From the human T2T-CHM13v2.0 reference genome, Homo sapiens: a stretch of 64,000 bases of DNA. Below are positions 47,091 to 64,000 of this stretch, piece after piece. A program made the translations under genes and the position numbers. The DNA lies in NCBI RefSeq assembly GCF_009914755.1, contig NC_060943.1; one strand, 5' to 3'. The notes below the pieces were generated by a model that was not told where the DNA came from, ran no database searches, and saw nothing but the letters and a program-made list of their open reading frames with translations. The number at the start of each line of letters is the position of its first letter. Positions within the stretch are counted from its first letter, which is position 1.

Positions 47091-47096
47091 AGTAAA
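47091..47096 (+). terminator. PLD3 poly(A) signal, variant AGTAAA
   Basis: Only AT-rich patch after the GC-rich 3'UTR; followed by GT-rich sequence; no AATAAA nearby. Confidence 0.65.
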
Positions 47097-47192
47097 TAAC
47101 TTGTCTGTACAGCCTGTGCCTGACTGAGTGGTGTGAGATGGGGTGCAGGGGTAGGGGACAGCTGGCATGGGCCTCTGGTGGGGACATCTTTT

Positions 47193-47400
47193 TGTGCTGA
47201 GCCCTCAACATGTCACTGGCATGTGCTGAGCCCTCAGTGTGTGACCAGTGTGGGTTAGCATGTACTGAGCCCTCAGCATGTGCTGGCATGGGTTGGCATG
47301 TGCTGAGCCCTTAACATGTAGTGTACATGGGCTGACCTGTGCTGAGCATGCAGCGTGCCACCCTGTGGCCCGGCATGGACTTAGCACTCATGTAGCCAGC
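47193..47400. repeat. Degenerate tandem repeat with CATGTGCTGAGCCCTCA core
   Basis: About five cores spaced ~30-40 bp. Confidence 0.7.
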
Positions 47401-47909
47401 ATGGGTATGTGCTGCAGAGAAGCATGTTCCCAGATTGATCAGCAGGGACCAAACCATTGCCACATCCCAAGGGTGAACAAGCATGGCTGAGCACCAGAGT
47501 GTGCACCAAGTGTGAATTTAGGCCTGCCAAGTGGATTTACACCCAGCACGTCCCAAATGTGGGTGAGTGCATGCCAACCCTGTAAACATGTAGGAAGGAC
47601 AGGTCAACAGACAAGGAGACCCCAGCATCCGGCAAACTTGATTAACACATACTGAACACAGCATGTTCTGAGGGTGGATTCCCAACACGCCAAGCACATA
47701 GCGTATTTAGGACAAGGGTTAGTCAACCAAGCACAGCTTTTCCCTCCTAGTGTGACAGCAGCCCAGGCTCCCGCCTAAGCCAGTGGTCAGCTGGGCCCAG
47801 CATCGCAGAGCAAGTCACTGGGTGCCAGCCTGGAGCCCCCATTCCCCCCAGGGCCAGTCCAAGCCCCAGGCAGTGAGAGCAGGCTTGAAGCAGGACTGCT
47901 GAACAGTTC

Positions 47910-47915
47910 TATATT
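47910..47915 (-). terminator. HIPK4 poly(A) signal, variant AATATA
   Basis: TATATT on + strand, ~300 nt downstream of the HIPK4 stop; no minus-strand AATAAA nearby. Confidence 0.5.
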
Positions 47916-48212
47916 GAAATAGACAGAGGCAGCAGGGCCAAGGGCGAGCGCAGGGCCAGCGGGGTGCAGCCCCCTTTCCTGCTGTCCTTCTGGCCAAGGA
48001 GCATGGGCCAGACTCCAAAGCCCTGCTGTGTTTAGGAGAGGTGTGCAGGCACGCACCGCACCGCAGACGGGGAATGAGAATTTCTGGATAACTATCTTTC
48101 TGTAAGAATAATTTGTGGGTTCAGGAGATGGCTCTGAGGAGCAGTTCAGGTTGGGAGGGAATGCCAGCCCAGCTAGCGCAGCCCCCAGTGATGGGCAGGG
48201 GTGGAATCACCA

Positions 48213-48395
48213 TCAGTGGTGCCCGGTGACATGCTGGAGGAAGCTGGTGGCCCCCCGGGGTGGACCATGCTGGTGGGAGCGGCGGGGTGGGAGCCCCTGA
48301 GCCCGTGGGCCCCTGACGCTCTCCAGGGTGCAGTCTGGCTCACTCAGCCATTCTCCAGGACAGCTGCTGGGGTCGAAGAGCTCAGGGTCTGGCCT
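48213..48395 (-). CDS. HIPK4: HIPK4 exon 4 (RPDPELFDPSSC...QHVTGHH*)
   Basis: cccacAG acceptor at 48396-48397; 60 aa + TGA; total CDS = 616 aa. Confidence 0.92.
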   Translation of the reverse strand, partial: RPDPELFDPSSCPGEWLSEPDCTLESVRGPRAQGLPPRRSHQHGPPRGATSFLQHVTGHH

Positions 48396-48796
48396 CTGTG
48401 GGGGAAGAGAGAGGGGCATCAGCCAAGCAGTGTTAGTGTATTAGTGTCTGCTGAGCCTCTGTCACCTCCTCCTGATGAGGGTGAGCATGTGCTAGGGTCT
48501 TACCAGTGCTGGGCCTTTATTGCCCCTTTGTAGTGATGTGATGACAGCTCACTGCAGCCTCGACCTCCCTGGCTCAAGTGATCCTCCCACCTCAGCCTCC
48601 TGAGTAGCTGGGACTACAGGTGCATGCCACCAAAACCAGCTAATATTTCTAATTTTTTGGTGCAGACGGGATCTCACTATGTTGCCCAGGCTCTTTATCA
48701 AGCTTCTTATAAGTAGATTACTGTGCCCTGAGTTTTTGTCACAGCCTGGAAGTAGCTGAGTAAGTGCTGAGCCTTATCATATCTTGACGGTATTAG

Positions 48797-48936
48797 GTGT
48801 GTGCTGAGCCTCCTAAGTCCCTAATTGTATCCTGAACATGGGTGAGTGTGTGTTGAGCCTCCTCACACACTAATCATATCCTGAGCACGGGTGAGTGTGT
48901 GCTGAGCCTCCTCCCACCCTAATCGTATCCTGAACG
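48797..48936. repeat. 49-bp tandem repeat x~3 in HIPK4 intron 3
   Basis: Units start 48797, 48846, 48895 (GTGTGTGYTGAGCCTCCT...CTAATYRTATCCTGA). Confidence 0.85.
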
Positions 48937-48948
48937 CACCCGGCTCAC

Positions 48949-49794
48949 CTCAGCTTCCATGGTCATGTTGTCAATGTTGGGCCCATCCTCATCTCGCTGC
49001 AGGATGGCCAGTGGCTCAGCAGAGGCCCCGAGATGCTCTCCTTCCTCCCAGCTGCTGCCCCGGCAGGGCCTGTCATCCTCAGGCGAGACCTGGCTCAGCC
49101 GAATGAGGTTGCTGAAGTTGGAGTCGGACTTGGAACCCGCAGGTGGCTTGCGGGCCTTGTGGCGGCCTGCCAGGCGGCTGCTGTAGAAGGCCAGGATGGG
49201 CTCAGGGCCCGAGTCGGGCACATGGTGGCCAGTGATGGCTGCCTTGAGGGGGACCATCATGTCGGAGACCGCATTGGTGCAGGTCTCACCCCACAGCCCA
49301 TGCCCAGCCTCCTGCAGACTCAGGTCATCCAGCTGGTCGATGGCTCTTTGCATACCTGGTGCCTTCTCCTCTCGGAAGAAGGGGCTGCTGCCGGCCACAC
49401 TGCCCATACCCGCAGCCTCCTTCTCCTCAGCCAGACAGTAGTAGGGGGTCCCATCTTCTGCGGCCACGACGGGCGTGGGGGGCTTCCCCTCCACTTGCAG
49501 CGAGAGGCGGTAGCTGCGCAGCGAGAGCTGGTAGTAGTGGGTGGTCTCGTGGGCACTGCGCAGCTGCTGCATGGACACGAAGGGGTGGCGCAGGGCAGCA
49601 CTGGGGCTGATGCGTTCGTGTGACTCCCAGGTCAGCATGCGCTTGATCAGCTCCACCATGCTCTTGAGGTCGGCGTGCTCCGCCAGCGCCTCCCGGTCAG
49701 GGAAGGTTAGCCGACTGGCCACACTGCCACCATTCACTGTCTCAATCTGGTCCAACGACTTGAGCATATACTTGCGGCGCTCCAATGGGCGCAC
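48949..49794 (-). CDS. HIPK4: HIPK4 exon 3 (end of kinase domain and C-terminal region)
   Basis: gccAG / GTGAGC, 846 nt; ORF 48919..49830; LIKRMLTWESHERISPSAALRHPF subdomain XI. Confidence 0.95.
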
Positions 49795-50405
49795 CTGGCG
49801 GGGCATGGAGAAGGGGGCAGGGTTGACCATTGTGCAGGGCTAGGGCCCTGGGCACTCCTGCTGTGGCACCCACATGTAGCCCCGACTTCCAGGTCTGCCC
49901 ATGATCTGCCTTGGAGCTCTCTGGCTGCTAGGAGGGCCACCCTGGATCCGTCACACCCAAGCCCCTCTAATCGAACCCAAATCACTGGCCCAAGTTCCAC
50001 CCCTTGCCCCAGACCTCCAGTCCCCTTCAGCACCATGGGTGCAGCCCCTACCAGCAGCTAGCAGAAGGGCTGCCCGGAATCTCTAGTCCTCCCTGGAATC
50101 AAATCCAGGTCCCTCTTACTGCCACAGCTCCACACTTGATCCCAGGCCTCCTGGTGGTCAAACCCAGACCCTTCTTGCTATAGTAGTTTGTCACCCCCTG
50201 CTATTAAACTGCCATTGACTTTTAGTCTCACCTGTGGTCCCATCCAGACCCTTCTTGCTGTGAAATCAAGACCTATGACCTCAAACTCCTAGTCCCCTCT
50301 GCTGTCTAACCCAGGCTCTTGCTGCACAGATGGGAGGGGCAAAGCCACAGAGGTAGCAGACTGGCTGCTGCCCCAAACCTCTAGACTCACCTGAGGTCTC
50401 ACTCA

Positions 50406-57990
<7,585 letters not shown>

Positions 57991-58063
57991 ATCTAGGGCT
58001 GGAAGAAGCTGGGAAAAAGACAAGGAACTAGGGACGCAGCCACCCTAGACGACCCCTACTCAC

Positions 58064-58528
58064 CTTGACCCTGAAGGGGCAGCGGGTCTGGTCCACCAGC
58101 ATGATGTTCTCAGGCTTGAGATCAGCGTGGATGATAGCCAGCTCCTTGAGCCGGGCCAGGGCTGTGAGCACCTGCAGGGTGACTGTACGGATGTGGCGGG
58201 CGGGGAGGGGCGCGAAGTTGTTCTCCTTCTGGAACTCGAAAAGGTTTTGCTCCAGCAGCTCAAAGACCAGGTAGAACTTGAGGGCGTCATGGAAGAACTC
58301 AAGGAAGCGGATGACGTGGGCCTCTTCAGGGTCTAGGCCTCGCATGCAGTGCAGCAGCTTCAGCTCGTTCTTGATGATGCGGTTGCGGTAGGCGTCATTC
58401 TTGAGGATCTTGATGGCCACCATCTCGCCCGTGCTCCGCCGCCAGCCCTTGGCTACCTCCCCGAAGGTCCCCTTGCCCAAGACCTCGATGATGTCGTAGC
58501 AGTCAGTCTCCGACTGGATGGTGGACAT
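58064..58528 (-). CDS. HIPK4: HIPK4 exon 1 coding part (MSTIQSETDCY...GKGTFG...VAIK...HADLKPEN...RVK)
   Basis: accATG at 58528, GTGAGT donor at 58063, 465 nt; CMGC kinase motifs. Confidence 0.96.
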
Positions 58529-59494
58529 GGTGCCGCTGCTGCCAGACACCGCCCTGCCCAGGCCCCTGTACCACTGGCTCTGCCGCCCAGGCCTCCCGCC
58601 TGGCTGCTGACACAGCAGGCCCCCCAGTGGGGGAAAGAGAACCGCACTCGTGTCTCCTCCTATGAGGTTGGCCCCTGCTTCCCTGGCACCCCCAAACCCC
58701 CAGGCCACACTGTCAGTCTGCCAGGGGCTGCACCCCTCCCCAGAAACCCTCCTGGCTTGGGATGAGGGGCCCCAGGCCCCACCGAATGGGTTCCAGCGCT
58801 GTTGAGTGGCTCTGGTTCTGTTGTTGGAGACCTGAGCCCTGGCTGGAGTGGGGGTGGGGTACCAGGCTGGGCCCCCTCCCCCGCCCAGTGGCGGAATCTT
58901 GCAAAGACCAAACAGGTGAAGTGTTGACAGAGGGGGGTCTAATCGTGGGCCTTGGGCATACAGGAATGGGGATAAGGCAGGAGTGAGGAAAGGTGGGCTT
59001 CTTGAGCTTGGGAGATGTGATGTGTGTGTGTCTGTGTTCAGAAAACTCCTGTCCCAGTCTGTGGCTACTGTGGGGTGAGGTTGTAAAAGGCCCTGAATGC
59101 CAGGCTAAGGAGTTTGGATTCTGTTCTGAGGGCACTGGGGAGCCACAGAAGGGCTTTGAGCAGGGGAGGGCAGGGTCAGATATGAGTGTCAGAAAGTTAC
59201 TGTATGAAAAGGGATAGGTTGGAGCGGGTAAGAGTGGAAGCCCCAAGCCAGGGAAAGAGTCCAGGACAGGGCACAGATGGGAGAGGTTGGGGAGGAGAGG
59301 GCGAGGCCAATGGATGAGACACTCAAAAGGCCAGGAGAAGCAGCCGTGAGACCGACGGTTTGAGGGAAAGGCGGGAGCTGTCTAAGAACGGGCCTAGGGC
59401 TCTGGGATGAAGGGGCAGTCCCCGAGAAATGGACATGGATAAGAAGCAGCTTGGGGGAGATGTTGAGGCCAAATTAGAAAATGTATTTATTTTT

Positions 59495-60745
<1,251 letters not shown>

Positions 60746-61934
60746 TGCCTAAGGTCACTCAAGTGACTGCCAGAGACAGCCTCTGACCCTAAGCAGCCTG
60801 GCTCCAGCGCCAAACTCTGAACCACCACCCACACAACCTCCTAAAAACCAGGAGACCTCTGGAGAAGGGGTGCAGAAGCTGCTGGGTCCCCAAGGGGATG
60901 CAGGAGAGAGTTTGGGAGTTGTCAGCACAGAGAGGAGGCGTGGAAGCCATGGGGGAGGGTGATGCACCCTAGGGAGGGTGTGGGGGTGGACAAGGGCCCG
61001 GGAGGAACCTCCGGTGCCCAAGGAGCACGGGGAGAGAGAGGTGTGGGGAAGAGGAGCAAGTGTCAGGAAGATCGAAGGGGCCTTGAAGAGTCAGGACAAG
61101 AGAGACAAAGGAAACCCTCAGGCGTGGCCACGGGGAGGTCACTGCTGACACAGACAAGGTAGGAGGAAAACCCCAAATGCTGGGGTCTTGGAAATGGGGG
61201 TGCACTGTGAGTGTAGATAACTCCTGCCATGTTTGGTGGGGGCAAAGAAAAAGTGTGTGGTGAGACAGTGACCTGAGGAGGGCTGGCTGGAAGGGACAAG
61301 GTACTCAAGTGAGTGGGGGATTCTGCCAGGCCCCTCATCCACTGAGACAGGATAGGGAGATGTGAGGAGAGTGGGGGGCTGTCGGGGCGAGACTTGGGAC
61401 TGGATATTGAGTCTCCTTAGTCCAGTGTGGGACATCACAGAGAGACATGGAGGAGGCTGGAGGCCCTGCTGGGAGCCTCAGGACTTAGATCCTGAATTGG
61501 GATGGCAGGGATGGATGGCCCATGGCCCCTGGGAGCTGAGACCAGCACTGACAGGTGCTGAGGACCCTGGGACCTAGTTCCAAGAGGCGGCTGTGTTTCT
61601 GGGGTAGAGGCTTTGAGGGGACCAGGAGCAGCCTTCCTGGGTGGGGCCAGAGTGGACAGGGCAGTCAAACCAGCCAGACAGGAAAGAGAAGGCCAGGATG
61701 TGCAGAAGTGCCCTCACCGGCAGAGGGCAGGTGGGGAGCAACCAGCCTGGTAGGAGTGGGTCCCCCAGGACAGGCAGGCTTCCTGGCAGAGGGGTCCCGA
61801 AGCTGTGCTCTGCCAGGGAACATCCCAGAGTCCTCTTTAACAACCCCTGGGAATTCTCAAGGGCTAGGGACGTCTCCCTTCCCACCACGGCCTGTCCCAA
61901 GGCCATCCTGAGTCTTTGTTTTTGTTTTTGTTGA

Positions 61935-62192
<258 letters not shown>

Positions 62193-62407
62193 TGAGCCAC
62201 TGCGCCCAACCCGCCCTGACTCTTCTCAGACCAGGTATGACCGGTTTCTCCCCTCACACCAGAGGTTCCCCTCAGGCCAGGCTCAGGCGACCCCTAGAAC
62301 CTCCTCTTTGGAGACTGCCTTCTCTGCATCTCCCCTATACCCACTCCTGCCCCTCCCTGCCCCCTATGCACACAGAGGAGACAAATACATGGCTACTTCC
62401 AGATTAT

Positions 62408-62413
62408 TTTATT
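62408..62413 (-). terminator. PRX poly(A) signal AATAAA
   Basis: TTTATT on + strand ~180 nt after the PRX stop. Confidence 0.85.
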
Positions 62414-62591
62414 CACATGGCTTGGTGGGGTACAGGCACTCCTGCCAGAGAGACAGGAGCAGGCCTCCCTGCCAGCCCTGGTCAGTCACCCACCTCCCGG
62501 CCCTCTTAGGGTTAGTGCTAGTTATCACACACACAACAGCGAGGGGGTAGAGAAAGGAAGGCAAGAAGGGATCCCCATCTGACTAGGGGCT

Positions 62592-64000
<1,409 letters not shown>

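Noticed and set aside
47193-48936. Repeat-spacer-like appearance (CRISPR-like)
   Set aside because: Human DNA; the 'spacers' are related to each other; no cas genes
48919-48948. HIPK4 isoform ending VSRVRSGYD* by intron read-through
   Set aside because: Strong GTGAG donor and a perfect in-frame exon 4; nothing in the sequence supports retention
49033-49843. + strand ORFs opposite HIPK4 exon 3 (also 52329..52874, 58349..58765)
   Set aside because: Antisense shadows of GC3-rich coding sequence
58529-58708. 60-codon in-frame upstream extension of HIPK4
   Set aside because: Begins at a GTG; the ATG at 58528 has a good Kozak context and gives the expected 616 aa; open frames are common in GC-rich UTRs

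Overview
Human (primate) genomic DNA, recognisable as chr19q13.2 and extremely Alu-rich. It contains four genes. (1) The 5' half of C19orf47 (- strand, first exons ~17.0 kb down to 2.36 kb, continuing off the left edge). (2) The complete PLD3 gene (+ strand), which shares a bidirectional CpG-island promoter with C19orf47; its 11 coding exons (35003-46799) splice to exactly 490 aa with HKD/HKE motifs, and it hosts the tailed mirtron MIR6796. (3) The complete HIPK4 gene (- strand, 4 coding exons, 616 aa), tail-to-tail with PLD3. (4) The 3' end of PRX/periaxin (- strand). There are also two Y-RNA retropseudogenes, DNA-transposon, LTR and LINE fossils, a G-rich VNTR and several microsatellites. 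Almost all ORFs in the supplied track are Alu, VNTR or antisense-shadow artefacts. I see no new protein-coding system. The best leads are regulatory, mostly around the lysosomal nuclease PLD3: a 45-bp promoter duplication that doubles a CLEAR/E-box; a fold-back AT-rich insertion behind exon 1; a candidate 33-nt 5'UTR exon whose uORFs overlap the PLD3 start (ATGA stop-start); a stop-free 99-nt intron; a second mirtron-like intron; and a G4-prone VNTR. Gene names and repeat-family calls come from recognition, not database searches, and repeat boundaries are approximate.
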